Positions 11,201-26,200 of a DNA stretch of 64,000 nt are shown piece after piece. The translations under genes and the position numbers were made by a program. Every line of letters begins with the position of its first letter. The stretch's first letter is position 1. This stretch comes from Minisyncoccia bacterium (lineage in GTDB: Bacteria; Patescibacteriota; Minisyncoccia; Phycocordibacterales; UBA918). The stretch spans positions 1,794 to 65,793 of the forward strand of contig JBGSYZ010000011.1 of NCBI GenBank assembly GCA_041750655.1, in the 5' to 3' direction. Below the pieces are notes generated by a model. The model did not search any database. It saw only the letters and a list, made by a program, of their open reading frames with translations, and had not been told where the DNA came from.

Positions 11201-14200
11201 ACTGTCCCACATTCTGATATCCATTCCATCATAAATGTACAATGTACCGTAAGTGTCTCCACCAGCTGACTTAGTGTTGATACTGTAGTCACTTCCCGAA
11301 AGAAGTTTCAAAGTGCTATCTGTCCAGGTAGTTGCTGCTCCACCAACACTATTGCTAAATACCCCTTGTACAGCGAGTACAGTACCGGCTGTTTGCGTAT
11401 AACTAGCGGCGTTAGTGAGTAAGAAGTTTCCGGTAGTGGTCGCATTAGTGAGCATTGTCCAACCACCAGATGCACTCGCGATAGAAATGTTATTGAAATT
11501 ATTATTTCCAGGATTAATAGTTTCGCCAGCATCACTAGAATTAAACAAAATGGTACCAGAAGCGTGTGTAAATGTACCACCAGTTGCATCAAGCGAGCCG
11601 CCAATTGAAAGAGTACCAGAGGCGAGTGTTAGTGAGCCAGAATTTAAAATCAAATCATCAAGTAATGTTAGGCTATTGTCTTCCATGGTAAATGTTCCAC
11701 CACCGGTGAAAGTAACTCCATACAGGTCTGAACTGGAAGCCAGCAACGTAGCACTTGTTGAAGTTGAAATAACTAACAGTGAAGTGTTATCTACGACTGA
11801 ACCACCAGTATTTCGGAAACTACCACCGACTGATAAAACACCGGACGGCAAAGTTACTGCGCCTTTTTGTATAGTTATCGCTCCAGTCGCTGTAGCATTA
11901 GTATCGTTCATACTCCAACTACCAGTTCCATTAAATAGTAAACGATTGAAATCAGAATTATTGGCCACGACAGTCTCAGCAGTGGTAGAATCAAACACTA
12001 TTAGTCCGCCATTGGCCACAAAGTTACCACCAGTTACTGACAATGAACCAGTGATAGTGGTTGTGGCGTTCGGTAAAGTAAGAGTTCCGGCTGTTAGCGT
12101 CATATCATTGGCAACACGCAAAGATGTGTCAGAACTTGTAAAGGTGCCAGATCCATTAAGAATAAGGTTATAGAAACCGGTCTCGTTAGTGGCGATAGTG
12201 CGACCACTACCGGCTGAAGTAAATGTCACGGTAGATTGTGCTGGAGTGAAAACAGAACCAGTCCCCATTTCTAGGTTTCCACCAATAGCGTGGTTTTCAG
12301 TATTGGCCAGCGTTAATATCGCATTATCTCTCAATTCGACAGTTCCATCGAGAGCGTCAGATATTCCACCACCAGTAGTAATATTTCCTTGTGGTTCAAA
12401 CTCCTTGTTGGCCCAGACGATTAATTTGGTATTGGTGTTTAGCGTCAACGTATCAGAACCAGCATCAACTGCCGTAAACGGAATATCAGAATCGTTAACT
12501 GAGTCATAGACTGCCATATCGGCTATCAAAATCGGATCAGTACTTTCATGACGTAGAATCACATGGTCTTCGTAGATATCCATATCACCCACTGACGAGA
12601 TTGGGTCAATTGATACAGTAACTCCCTGATCACCGCCATTGCTATTTATAAACAGCGTCAACGTATCATTCGGACTGAAAGAAACACCGGAAATTGAGTA
12701 GGCACCGGTGGCAGAAGAACACGTCGAAGACGCCGCCGGGACCACTACTCCTGCTACTGCTAACACAATATTAGTAGTCACGTCATCACAGACACTAGAG
12801 ACAGACGAGGTATTGTTTTCATACACGTTTCCAGAAATTGTAATCACCGCCAACGAATCATCCCATACGATGTAGCCAGGATTACCATTATCAGCGTCAA
12901 AGTCTTCACCATCGACATCGCCGGTGTGGTTGGTAAAGCGCCATGAGCTCACCGTAGAACCAGAAGTAGTCACGTTGGTGGCGGCGGTCACACCGGTAGA
13001 AGTTGCGAAACGATTGTTAATAAAGTTTTTGGCTGGATTAGCATTTATTACTGAGCCAGCGACTGTCATTGCCGTAGCTCCAGTATTACCAATAATAAAT
13101 TCACCATTTGAAAGAGTGGTGACGGTTGGGGCACCTGAGAACGTCAAGCCATCATTATCTAGGTCTTGTAAGATGTAATATTGGGCATTAATACCACCAC
13201 CAGTAATATCAGCAGAATAGGTCCCGCTACCACCTTGCACCTGCACAGTAGTGGAAGCAGTAGTACTACCAATCATTTGTAATGAGCCTCCAGAGTATGT
13301 AAAGCTGCCACCATTCTCAACATACACATCTACCGCTCGACCGCTACCAAGCGTCGTACCATCGAAGTCTGTTGCGTAGCTCCAATAGTCAGTACCACTA
13401 CTCTTTATATAATCTCCAAATATATACAATTCACCAGTCACGTTTAGGTGGTCCATTGAGTAAACAGAACCGCCACTGGCAGTCAGGTAGGAGGTCGCAC
13501 TAGAATTCCACATCCGGATATGTGTACCAGCCGCTGCACTCAGATTTTCATACTGGTCTAATGTAGTGGAAGCATTAATAGTAAATTGTCCCGCACCAAA
13601 TAAATGTAACGTTGATCCAGTCCAGGTGGTAGCGGCTCCCCCAGCACCATTAGTAAACAGTCCGCCAACAGCCAAGCGGTTGCCAGAATTAAGAGTAAAG
13701 TTTGAAGTAGTACCGAGTGTCCAGGCACCGGTAGAAGTAGCATTTTCGATAACTGTTGCTGCTCCGGCCCCAGAAATATTCACTACCCCAAAACTAGAAG
13801 CCCCAGCGGCGATAGTAAAAGCATCGGTACTATTGAAGGTCACGGTACCACCGGAATTGGTAAACGTACCGTCATTATCCCAAGCACCACCAACAGTTAA
13901 AGTTGCACTGTTACTACCCACTAATGTTCCATTACTGGCTATATAGACGTCACCACCTATAGAACCGACCGGGTCATTGGTGTCCAACGTAAAGGTAGTT
14001 GGTGCCGTACCACCAACTCGCAGATTATTCAAAACAGGCAAACCAGTGGCAGCGGCAGTGAAAGTTGGTGTTCCCCCACTGGCTTCTACGGTAAGATTGT
14101 AGTACTGCGTATTACGAACAGTATTACCCAATACACCACCGTAGCGTACGGTACTGGTGTCTTCAAGGAAGGTTCCATTTTCTACAAAGACGCTACCGCT

Positions 14201-17200
14201 ACCAGTTAGGTTCCAAGCGGAGTTATTGGCATCAAGGAAGTGAGCGGCGTTTATAGTAAGGACTCCACTCACTGTATTGGTGGCCGTACCGCCCGGAGTA
14301 GTAGTACCAACAACCGTACCGTTTCCAAGAGTCAGGTTATTAACCGTCCAACTTTGAACACCCCCATACGTATTAGAGCGATAGATAGCGACTGTGCCAG
14401 CTCCGAATGATACCAATCCATCGCCATAAAATGAACCGTTGGTCACAGTAACATTGGCAGTACCGGTCAGGGTTCCGGTAGCAACATTAATGCCCGATGT
14501 TGCGGTAATATTTGTATTAAGATTCCAGCCGCCGCCAACGCCAGTAAATTGCAACGTGTTGAAAGCAAGGGTAGACGAAGCCGTAATAGTTTTACCAGTT
14601 GTAGTGGCTGTCATCACAAAAGTAGAAGATGCCGTCGTTAGTTTAGCGGCCGGCTCAACTATGATAGAGCCACCAACATTGTAGGTAGTAGTACCTACTC
14701 CCGTAAAGGTTGAAGTAGCTCCAAGGTGCAACGTACCATCATACACATTACCAGTGCCACCTGAGGTTAACGTTACTGGGCCACCAGGAGCAAAAGTGGT
14801 TGAAGCAAATATATAGAGCTCGTTGTCTGCCCGAACAGTCAAAGTATCGGTTGTACCAGTTGCTGCCACAAATCGAATATCAGTATCGTCACTTTCGTCG
14901 TATACAGCCATGTCTGCAATTGTGAGCGGGGCAAGGTCTTCGTGCCGAGTCATAACTCGGTTAGCATATATATCTAAATTAGTTATATTAGCGGTCGGGG
15001 TTTTGGTAATAACTGAACCTGTTGTGCCGCCATTGGTATCAAGATACACAATAATACTTGGGTCACCAACATAATTAACAGCTCCAAATGAATAGGATCC
15101 GTCTACTCCACTACATGGAGTTGAAGAGCTGTATACTCCACCATCAACCACAATCCGCACACTATTAGTCACACCGTCACAAGTTGGCCCACCCAGTGTG
15201 CTATTACCGTCATCTGCATACACTGTACCTGACACAACGATCGAATACGAACTATCGTCCCATCGAATCGATCCTGGGTTGCCGTCAGCGTTATCAAACG
15301 CTTCACCATAGCGATCGCCGGCACCATCACGAAACCACCAGTACGAAGTTGGACTGCCACTGAGAGTAACGTTTACGTTTCCACCAGCGGTCACAAAATC
15401 AGTGTCAAAGAACTGTTTGGCTGGAGTTGTATCAATAGTACTAGCGTCAACAGTAACTGCAGAAGAAGCAGCCGGAATTCGGAAATATGCATTATTAAAG
15501 GTGTTGACTGTACTTGAGCTGGTCAACTGGAAACCGCTAGCGTTTGTACCAGTAACTTCAAAGTATTGTGCTGTTACACTGGCCGTATTGGTACGCAGGG
15601 TAAAACTTCCACTTTGGGCATCTATGGTAGTAGAGGCGGTCGATGAACCAACAATACTAAGACCAGAAGATGAGGCGATGACGGTGGCGCCATTTTGAAT
15701 CCGCACGTCGACTTGCCGTGGTGTAGTGGTAGCCAGTGACACGCCATCAAAATCAGTCAGATAACTCCAGTGCTCTGTACCTGAGGTGCGGACGTAGTTA
15801 CCAAATATATACAAATCACCATCTACGCCAGTATGGTCTTGTGAGTACAAAGACGCGGTACTCAACATATTGTAAATTGTCGCACTGCTATTCCACAGAG
15901 ACACATCTCCATCACCAGTAACAGTTAACGTCGCATACACATCACTTGGAGCCGTCTTAGTGTTAATCACGTAGTCTGTACCTGAACCAAGAATTATATT
16001 AGAACCTGTCCAGGTGGTTGAAGCTCCGCCCACCGCGCTCGTAAATTCTCCACCAACATACAACGACAAACCGGAATTAAGAGTAAGTGTGCCAGCATTA
16101 GTAAGAGTGACGTTATTGGTCGATGTAGCGTTTTCTATTATTGTCCAGTCCCCACTAACGCTATTAAAGGATAGGTTATAGAACGAAGAACTGCCAGGAG
16201 CTATTGTTTCTGAACTAGAAGTTGAATTAAACAAAACAGTACCATCATTAGCATCGAATCCATCATTATTATCGAATGAACCACCTATGGATAGAACCCC
16301 GGTAGGTAAGATTACTTGACCGCTCTCAACTGTCATATTGCCCGTTACTGTAGTATTAATATCAGCCATGGTACGAACACTATCTTGCTGTGGCGAGCCC
16401 ACGGCATAAAAGTCGGTGGTTGTGCCTTGGTTGCGATAGGTAGCATCCTGCCAGGCAGTAGAACGAACTACATTTGAAATCTGGATCTCATCCAAAATAC
16501 CCTCAAACTCTATATCCCGATTTGGTCGTAAATCACCGATGGTTGAGCCTGAATTCCAAGTTCCTCCACCATCACTGGTGAAACTTAGTACGTTATTACC
16601 ATCAACGCGCACTGCGGCAGCCCCACCATCAATGGCTGTTGCCGACACATAATGCCATTCACCAGTGTTTATGTTTGAACCATTTGCCACATTACATGTA
16701 ACGCTGCTCGAAAACGCACAAAAACGGACTTCGTCAGTTGAACCTCCGCCTCCTGACCCACCAACAGTAAGCCAAGTGTAGGCACCGGCAGAATGGGCTG
16801 AGAAAATAGAATACCCATAGGTATTTGTATCTCCGCTTCCGGTAAGATTACTTGGATTAATCCAAGCCGATATTGTTATATTTGCTGCTCCTGATCCCAC
16901 ATTTCCGTAAGCAATATGTTCAGTTCCTGCAAAATTTTGTGCCTCATAAATTTGACCAAGGTTTGTCTGAGGTGGATTATTAGCTGATAGTTTAGTTCCG
17001 TCCAGACTTCCATTGGCACTATTAACAATAGTGCTGGTTGTCTCATCGTTCATATGTGAGACTAAAACGTATCCGTTGTTCCAGACATTTTGTGCTCCAT
17101 AGGTTGCAGTGACTGCGTAATCAGTTGCGGTTGCGTTTCCATAATAAATATAGAAAATTGTATCAGTAGTACTTGAAACACTCGATGCTTTAAAGTACAA

Positions 17201-20200
17201 CTCTCCAGTTTCTGCAGTAGTTGATGCTGACACAATTTCTCGAGGTACTTCGGTTATTCCGTCTGATTGTGTGATTCGTATATCACCGCCACCTGTGTTA
17301 ATTCCACTAAAGAACGCACTCGGTAAATCAGACAGATCGACATAGACTGGGAAATTAGACAAATCTCCGTCTATTACTGAAGATCGGATAGTAATTGGGA
17401 CACGTGAAGTCCACTGACTTCCGTACCAACTACCACTGCCGCCGCTTCCTTGTCTAATTCTAAGATTATTGAAAGAAGAACCATTAGTAGTAACGGTATC
17501 ATTTCCTTCTATTAAGAGTACTACTTCGCCATTGTTGTGACTAAATGATCCACTACCTGAAGTAATAAAATTACGGGCAACAGAAAGCTGTCCCGACGGA
17601 AGTACCACATTACCACTGGTAATGCGTAAAATATTACTGGTTGTTGCATTAATATCAGCAAAGGTATACGTTCCTGAGCCAGCAAATGTAACGTTATACA
17701 AATGGTTTAAGAAAGTTGTACCTCCTAAAGTAACTGACTTACTGCCTGAGCCAGTAAAGCGAACAGCACCATTGTTATGAGCAAAGGTACCACCGGTATT
17801 GAGGAATGAACCGCCAATTGTTGTGGTTGCGGTGGCTAAGGTGACTGTACCAGTAGCAATAGTGAGATTACCGAGCATCGACACACTTGATTCTGAGAAT
17901 GAAATTGATCCGCTACCGGTAGTAGAAGCAGTAACATTATATAGTGAAGAACCATTGGTCTTAATGATAGCGTTGGTGCTCGTACCCACTATCTGAATAG
18001 TTCCGGTTTGCGCAGAGAACACATTATCGTTAGTAAAATTACCAGCCAAGAAAAGGGTATTCGCACCACCAGCATTAAGCGTATCATTGGCTCCAATAGT
18101 AGTACTTGAGGCATAGACTGAACTACTAAGAGTTATGGTCTTAGCACCACCGTCTACTACTACTCGTCCGACGTTTTGTTTAACAGTATTACTATCAGAC
18201 CAGAACGATGTCCCACTGCCATCAAAGGTAGTGGTCGACACCCCGCTCCAGAAACCGTTGGCACCAGTAGTAAGGTTACCAGCCACAGTAATGGTTGAAG
18301 ACGCCCGATTGAGCGTACCGTACGTAACATTAAGGGCCCCGTTTACATCTACCGGATCATAGGTTTGCCAGGTGGCTGTCCCGGAAGTTTCACCAAAGGT
18401 AAGGTTTTGGAAATCAAGAATATTGTCAGCATCGTCAACTGTTTCCGAAGTAGAAGTAGCTGTAAAGATAATGGTCGAAGTTTCAGGCAAGAATGTAGCA
18501 TTATTCTTCCACGATCCCGAAACTCGAACAGTATTCGCATCAAGTTCAACTCGCCCACTATTAATGAAATCGTGCGTGGTGACATTTCCACTACTGGTTA
18601 CATCAGGAATATACACATCACCAGACCCTATATATAGACTGGCTTCACTACAGCCAGAAATAGCACACACTGATAAGTCATTTGACCCGTCAACATCGAA
18701 GAATATATCCTCATCCCCCGACACACTATTGTCGTAAGCTCCTAATAGTGCGTTAGTGGTTGTACCATTTTCATCTGAAGAAAGAGACAAGTGTTGTTCA
18801 AACATTTGTACTCCAGTTATGTCACCAGTTCCATCGTACACAAATACTGCTACTGCTTCGTTTGCCTCAGCCGCACCATCTACCCATACCGTCACCACAT
18901 CACCAGCAAAAGCGGTAACGTTACTGATCGACCACACTCCAGCCGATACAGTCCCGGTATTACCAAGAAGTGAGCCGTTGACTGCGGCCCGGACCGTACC
19001 GCTGGTAACATTGGTTGAACGATCGTATTGTTTCAATGTTCCCGACATTAACACTCCTTCCGACCATTCTATGGTCCAATCTTGCAAACTTGGACAATTG
19101 CCACTGGCACATGAGAAACTGCCCACGATACGAAGTGTATTGTAGGTGGACACATTAAGGCCGGTAAGGTCTATTGGCGAAGTAGTTGTCCCAATACTGT
19201 TGTTTGGTAAAGCTGCATCAGGAATATACGCCCACGATGAAGTGCTGGTTAGGTATTGGAGTCGGTACGTAATTGTACTGGTACCAGGCTCGGTGTCATT
19301 CCACAACAACTGTTCAAACTTAGGTCCAGCACCATCACTAAAGAGAATCGGTTCGCTGTAGATTTCACCGGTTAAATCTCCTCCGACTGTACTATCACGT
19401 AGTAGGACACCAGAAGCATTCTCAAACGCCAACGTAAGGATTGGTTCAGTGGTATGATTACGGTCACCAGACTCATCTACTACTGGATAATAATTCGAAG
19501 TAGTCGGAGGTGTAGCTGCATACAACGAAGCCCACGCTCCGTTACCTCCTTGCTCAGCTCCCTGCATAACAATCACCACTTCCGGTGCACTCGGTGAAAA
19601 AGCACTAGTAAACGCTTCAGCCGTTGGCGGGGCCTCGTCGTGAGAATCTGTACCAAAATCGGCATCGAATTCAGCACCATTATTAGTTCCGTGACCAGGT
19701 TCAAAAGCAATGTAATCTATGTCTTCAGGGCTATGGACAGCTGTTTCATTACTACGTCCAAGATACAGACCCATAGCTGAAGCAGTCGGTGGGTTATTTC
19801 GAGTATTTCCGTCATTAAGGTGAGCGATTACCCACGAACTATCATTCTCGGTAGAGACCGTGGCAATAACGGCTGGCGGAACACTAAATGGTGGTGAGAA
19901 GGTAACATCAGCACCGTAGCCACTGGCAGCATACCCACCCCCTCCTTGAACGTCTGACACATTTGCATAGGTACCAGCAATAACTTGAGTACCTCCGGCA
20001 CCATCTTGAAGTGTCCACACTCCAGTTTCCATTACTAAGTAGTCAACAGTAGTGGTACCGGTCAAGGTTCCAAACGGATCATCGACAATCATTTCAAAAG
20101 AATCGGCTGTTTTATTACGAACCCGCACCGAACGCTGTGCATCTCCTGTCATCGAATAGCGCAGCGAGGCCACAACCACCGGGTCATTGTACGAGACTTG

Positions 20201-23200
20201 AGTTGATATCTCTGTCCATGTACCAGCATCAAGAATAACCTTACCGTATTCCCCAACTTCGTTTGAAATAGTAACACTACCGGAAGTTGAGGCGGTCAAA
20301 CCGTTTAGTGTACCCTGTTGGAATTGTTCTCGTGTGGTTTGGAACCACGTCGAGACTGACACACTGGTATCAACAGTAAACGCATCTGGGGCTGACCATG
20401 GCGACCACGCATCTCCTCCATAAGGATCTTTAGCCCTAACTCTCCACCAATACGTCTGACCATTAGTCAGTGCTTCACCACTTTGAATGGTGTACGTAAC
20501 ACTGGCACCTGAGGCATATGGATTGCCAGAAGAAAAACCTGGTGACGTACTCGAGTTACGGGTAGTACTACTGACAAACGTGTAGTCAGTGCCCCACGAT
20601 ATTTCATACTCAAGTAAGTCACCCTGAGGGTCAGTCGTCGTAAAATCTAAGGCTGGTGTAGTGGTGGCTATTTTTTCATTATCAAATGGATCACCAAGAG
20701 TTGGTGTTTCTACACGCTGACCCCAAACAACTGTCCAGTCTTGTATAGATAAAGAGGTACCGGTGAAATTAGCAACGAGTCGAATTTGATTATACGTATC
20801 TGTATCTAGATCAAGTAAATTAATTGGCGACGTTCCGTTCCCAACACTGTTGTTTGCAATCGCACTGTCTGGAATAAGAGACCAAGAAGAACCGTTGAGA
20901 TATTCAATCTGGTACAAGATTGTGCCGCTTGTTTCAGTGTCCCCCCAGGACACTGAACCCCACGCGTTACCGACAGTCGCGTCATCAAAATCTATAGCCG
21001 TACTGGTCATAACTCCACTACTACCACTAACTGACACGGCGCCGGTTGAAGTAGAAAGACTGGTGAGAGCGTTGGTCGAGAATTGATCACCAGTTGTCTG
21101 ATGCCATTCACTAACTGTGACTGAGCCGTCAGTTGTAAAGCTATAGGCTGTTGACCAGTCGCCCCAAGTATTTGAACCACTAGGATCAAGACCACGAACT
21201 CGCCACCAGTAGGTGGTACTAGCTGTCAAACTGCCAGTACCGGTGAAACGAATCCTGGCTCCACTATCAAATGGTGTTTTATCTGACGGAGTATTTACGT
21301 TCTCAAATTGAGAAAGACTGGTCTGAGAATTTTTATCTATAACTGGTGAGCCGAACGCCACATCATCATCAACTTGTATTTGGTAACGAATATCATCTCC
21401 GGCAATATCAGTGGCCGCAAAATCTAATACTACCGGCGATGAACTAGCTGTGCGCTCATTGTTGAAAAATGAAATCAATGTTGGTGCCAGCGGCGGACCG
21501 GCTGTTTCCAATTCTGGATAACTAGTATAGGTCACCAACTCAATACCAGTTGAACGTACCATGCGGAAACAGTAGTTAGAGTTAACGCTAGCGTTATTGC
21601 TGGTTATCGTCCAATCCCATTCTCCGACTTCTCCTGGGTTAATAGTATTTTGCAAAAATTCAGAGAGGTTTTCTTCCTCGTACGTTTCAGATACTGTACT
21701 CGAAGCGAGTGTAGTAGAGGAAAGTATCGTTCCATCAATGAGGGAACCATTGTTATAACCGTTAAACGCTGCCGTGGTGCTACCAATCTCACCAACGTCT
21801 GACCAGGCAGTAGCTACCGAACATTGACCGGTATCAGCTTCTACATACTGTAACTTAAATGCAGTAGAACTGGCTGAGCCGGTAGCCACATTAGCTTGTA
21901 AGTTCATACGCAAACGCATGACATCACCATCATTGACAGCCCCTTGTCCAGTGATAGCTATACCTTCAGTAGCAAAACTTCCCTCTCCAAGTGGCCACGT
22001 ACTCGTCGGTGTTTGGTTAGTACTATTTTCATACCACCCAAACGACAGTTGTTCATACTCGGCATCAATGGTTACTTCTTGAGCTCCAAAACTATAACCA
22101 AAAAATCTATTGGCATATTTACGACCCTGCACACCACCGAGCATATTTGTTTCGTCATTGTCCTCTTCGTCATCTTCATAGATAGCATAAAAAGGTACGC
22201 CATTTGTGGACACTACTTTATACCCAGCAATAAAAGCTAAAGCTGAACCACCTTGTCCATTGTCAAAATATACTTTTCCAGGTGTGTTGGCTCCCGGAGT
22301 ACACGTAGCTCCTTCAACAAACGTGCCATCGTTTTGCTGCACTTCCAATGTAGTGGTTCCAAAGCGTGGTGAACAAGCGATGGCTACATAGGCTGAATCC
22401 GTCGGAATATAATACTGAGTTCCCATTTCATGTCGTGCCCAAAAAGCACTAGACTCGTTACCGTCTCCGTCAGCCTGTTGGATAGCAGTAATTGGATACA
22501 GAGCATTAGTCAAGCGAGCTGCCCCACCTGCCCCCTGTCCCGTAGAAGTACAGGTACCAATTGATTGTTGCTCACCACGAGTCACCCCTGAGACTGTAGC
22601 CGAACTACCGCCCGAACAATAGACAGTTGGATTAGGGTTATCAGTCACGGTCGAAATATACGCGCTACCAGTGTAAATACCAAAAATATCGCGAGTGGTT
22701 GGTGGATACGATACAAAACTATCTCTGCTACCAGTTTCCATGTGGTATACCAAAACTGGTTGCGTTGAAGTTATGACCACGCCGTTACTTCCACTACCAT
22801 CAGTAGTAGAACGGCCAGTAGTTCCAGTGGCTACACTAAAAGTTTGGCTTGGAGTACCGCTGTTACCTAAGTATGTATTAATAGTCGAACTAGCAAACGG
22901 TGAATGAATATAGTATGAACTAGTATTTCTCGTAGTAGGGACAGCAAATGTTGTCGTGGCAAATGAAATTGGAGCCAAAATATCTCCCCCCGCGGAATCA
23001 ATAGTCGCCGCAATTGGACCAAGAGAACTGATAACTGAGGTTGATGAATACGAGCTAAATGTAGTTGGTTCCCCACTATCAAGCGGTACTGGTGTGCCCC
23101 CGTCAATTGAAACTAAGTTGTTGTCTACATAACTATAAACACTTATAGTTCCCCCAGTTAATCCTTCTACTGCATAGTAAATAGGAGTAGTGGTGCTGTA

Positions 23201-26200
23201 GGTAAATGGTGCAAACTCATCACTAGCTGGTGTGGCCGCCGCGTTACCGTAATACATATAGATAGTAGTGGATGCCCCCGCTGGCAGACTGTCCACCTGC
23301 ACCCACACATCTGCCTCGTCAGTACTTGTACTAAAATGTTGCAACCAGTAATCAAGCTCGCTAAAGACTGTGTTAGTAAAGCTTTCTCGAGTGGAAGTAG
23401 CGTAAAAATCGGTTGTGGTGGACTGGTTTCGGTACGTGGCAGTAATCCAGTCATCGCCAGGCACTACATTTAAGAAGCGCATTTCGTCGATTGTGGCGTT
23501 TAGATGTTGTGAGGTATCGCCACTACTTAGACATGAGACATCTTGTTCTAATCCAAGAACGAGACAATTATCTGGAATAGAAAGTGTACTAAGTGACTGA
23601 GAAGAGGGACTGTTATCATCTTCTACTCCATCAATAAAAGCCTTCCACTCATTTCCCACAGTGTCTCGACTGATTAAGACGTGTCGCCAGTTTGGTGCAA
23701 TCGATAGATCATTAATACTAATCGTTGCTCCTGGGAAAAACTGAAGTGTTGTTCCACCACCAGTGTTATAGAGTAAATATTCATTGTTGGCACCTCCATT
23801 GATCAATGCTTGATTACCGGCTTCGGAAGAATTCATCCAGTACATAAACGTGAGCTCTGTTTCACCATTAACTATATCGCTCGGTAAAAGCATGTACTCA
23901 GACGCATCTCCTTGCGCATCTATTTCTTGACCTTGTCCGAGTAAGCCTGTTTTGCCACTTGAGTTAAGTTGATCATCTGCGTCATATTCATTACTGGTAC
24001 TATCTTGATAGAGACCAGCTGTGCCGCGACCAGCCGCCGCTTCTTCCAAGTGATAGACAGCAATAAATTCACTGTTCCATACATTTTGAGCACCATAAGT
24101 ATCTGTCTCTGCATACCCAACTGCGTCTGAATTACCAAAATACAGATAGAAGGTAGTGTCGACTGATGAGGATACATCTCCTTTGAAATGTAATTCTCCT
24201 GTATCAGCACCTGTGTTGATAGATACTAATTCATAAGGAACCTCGGTGGTTCCGTCACTTTCTGTGATTCGAATATCACCACCGTCACTTTTAACTGTAT
24301 TAAAGAAATCAGTTCCAAGGTCAGCTAGGTTTACGTATACAGGAAAATCAGTTTGATCACTATCGACTTGTGAAGATTGAATAGTTATCGGAATACGGTC
24401 AGACCAGCCAGTTCCGTACCACGCGTCTTCCGTACCAGTTGTGGTCTCTTGTACAAAGCGGATATCACTGCCATCATCGTTTACATTAGCCCAGAAGTTT
24501 GTGAGAGAACTATTAAGTTCAAGAAACACTTGTTGTTCAGTTAAATTAGAAGTGCCTGAAGTATTGTCAATAGTAATTGGCAGACGATAGTTCCACTGAC
24601 TAGCCCAGAATGGATCTAAAAGACCATATTCATCATCTCCAATTGCTTCAATCCAAAACTCACCGGTAGTTAATGGCGGGAAGGAAATTTCCATCTTAAA
24701 ATATTTTGTCTCGCCAGGAGCAATAGTATATTCATTGGGAGTATGAGCACGAACTTCAAAAGTATCTGGTTTTGGCTTAATGTCAGGCCCAAAACCAAGC
24801 CAATCTTTGGCTTTCTTAAATAAACTCCTCTTATCTTCAGGTGTTCCTTCAACTACTGTTTCTGGTTCCCAACCATCTACGTATTGAACGAGTTTGTGTT
24901 CTCGTACTTTTACATCGTTTATTCGACATGCTGTGTTGTCTCCATCAATCTCATCACATTCACGGACAATGTTAGTATTGCGACACACATATGTTGTCGC
25001 TAATACTTCATCAGACTCATCATCAGTCTCAGATGAACTAGTTGCCGTACTTAAATTATTTTGAATAGTTGATTGCAATAGTGGAGCTTCGTTATCAACC
25101 GATTTTAGTGTCTCATCATTTGTATCAGGTCCAGATTCTAAGTCTTCAGTTGGAGTTTCCACATCATTCACTGGTCCAGGCTGACTAGTCTCTTCTGGTG
25201 TGTCTTTAGATATGTCTACTTGATCACTGGTATCTGGCTCAGAATTACCATTATCAAAATTATTTTGTTCTGATTCAGGTATAACAGCCGGTTCTATTGT
25301 CGTAGTGTTGTCAGATGATGGTGCTAACAACTTGGATATATCTTCCAAATTACTATTAACCGGATTGTTGGTTAGTTCCCAACCAGCTTCGCAGTGATAC
25401 ACAAAAGGCTTGTACTCAGGTACCACAACATCTTTTGGTTTATTAGAATTCCATTCTTCAATGTTGGTAACTTGTCCAATACCATCAGGGAAATATGTCT
25501 GAAGCTTGAATGTATCTTCAGATTTACTAATGTTGGTAACATTAAAATATAGGGTGCTTTTACTCAATCCAGGATAATTAACTTTGTCTGATTTAATAAT
25601 TAATGTTTCATTAGTATTATCGTCAGTAAAGGTAAAATCTATGTTAGTACCGTCAGGTAATTTTAGCGTATCACCCTTAAGGATTTGATCGTCGTAACCA
25701 TTATCGGTTAGTAGAGTCAAGTTATCTTCTGTCACATCTGGTGATTCTAAGGCAAAGAGTTCAAGCCAAGCACTTTCTACAAAAAGACCGTCTAAAGCTC
25801 TCGGATCATCATCGTAGACTAACTCAATCATCAGGTTGTTTAAAGTGTCTGAATCACTTATTTCTGGCAACGCGAAAAGGAAATACCCTCCGTTAGTACC
25901 ATTAGTTACTTCTTCAGTTATAGTTATCTTACCGGCTTCGGACCAAGACGCTCCATTGTCAAACGAGTATCTAAGTTTAAATAATTGCGCTGCGTCACGA
26001 GTTTTCTTTAGCTTAGCCGCAAAAGAAACTTTTAGTTGAGCGCCGTGAACTGAGAATTTATCATTAAATATTGGCAACCCAAAGTCTGACAATTGGATAG
26101 TGTACTCAGCACACATTTCTCCACACGGATCACTTACCGATGGCACAACAACTGAATCAGGGTTGTCTACGGCTTTGAGAGTACCAGAAGGTAATTCAGT

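Noticed and set aside
16403-24421. Inteins as the explanation for the nested insertions in the giant protein
   Set aside because: The inserts lack the intein N-terminal Cys/Ser block and C-terminal His-Asn; they look like DUF2341/LamG domains.
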